NCBI RefSeq assembly: GCF_001194135.2 | Contig: NC_068984.1 | Location: 6,074,057-6,135,627, forward strand | From: Octopus bimaculoides | Taxonomy: Eukaryota | Direction: 5' to 3' | DNA length: 61,571 nt | Shown: piece after piece, positions 61,091 through 61,571 of the stretch | Numbering within the stretch: the first letter of the stretch is position 1 | How the letters are laid out: each line of letters begins with the position of its first letter | Position numbers and translations under genes: made by a program | The notes under the pieces: generated by a model | What the model was told of the DNA's origin: nothing | Seen by the model: only the letters and a program-made list of their open reading frames with translations | Databases searched by the model: none

Positions 61091-61555
61091 TATTATTATT
61101 ATTATTTATTGCCTTTGCACAGTTTCTATTGCTGGAGATATACTATGGTGCCAACTGTTCATTACCAGTGAACTAAGGTAACACCCCTTATTTTTCGAGC
61201 ACCTTCTGGAATATTCGAGCAGTTCCAAGCAGTGCTGTTTTCTGCAAGTGCTCCACTCTTATTGCAACCCTTATTTGTTCCACGTACTTCTCAAGATTTT
61301 TACTCACTGTTCCCAAGGCTCCAACAATTATCAGTACTACTACCACCATTTTCAGCAACCACAACTGTTTAACATCCCAAGCTAACCTGTCATATCTCAC
61401 AACTTTTCTTTCTTCCTTATCGCATACCTTGTTATCAGCTGGGCATGCTATATCTATGATCCAGCATCGTTTGCTTTCTTTCTCAACTAAGACTATGTCT
61501 GGTTTCCTATTCTCTATCTCATGGTTGCACTGTATCATAAAACCCCATAGGATCT
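61091..61555 (-). mobile_element. R4/Dong-type LINE: restriction-like endonuclease domain, 3' UTR and (TAA)n tail
   Basis: HEIENRKPDIVLVEKESKRCWIIDIACP..KVCDKEERK (PD..D-type RLE), IIVGALGTV, LQKTALLGTARIFQKVLEK*. Confidence 0.92.
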
Positions 61556-61571
61556 TTGCATTATCTATATA

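Overview
Repeat-dense, AT-rich animal genomic DNA with nine N-gaps, most flanked by (TA)n. The SINE/LINE families and microsatellite load point to an Octopus-type cephalopod (inference, no search run). I found no intact host gene, rRNA, tRNA gene or CRISPR array. Most ORF-track entries are microsatellite or gap artefacts, and every identifiable one is a decayed transposon. Recognisable elements: a near full-length mariner (2.5-3.7 kb), a TIR-bounded Tc1/maT-like element (8.4-9.4 kb), several RTE LINE ORF2 relics, about 20 RTE 3'-UTR fragments with (GAT)n tails, R4/Dong-type LINE ends in (TAA)n, probable Tx1 and CR1-type relics, a Helitron, hAT/piggyBac/mariner MITEs, and three tRNA-derived SINE families. 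I cannot support a new protein-coding system. The best second-look items are: a decayed Penelope-type hammerhead ribozyme (3864-3901); a double-tailed RTE fold-back hairpin (57.7-57.9 kb); a twin-priming-like RTE inversion (17.4-17.65 kb); a (TAA)n-targeting element cluster with a possible 1.8-kb micro-inversion (43.9-46.8 kb); a mariner fold-back MITE; a self-amplifying stem-loop module in the RTE 3' UTR; and a strong minus-strand bias of RTE copies, suggesting a large intron of a plus-strand gene. Coordinates were read by eye and are approximate to about 10-20 bp unless a motif is quoted.
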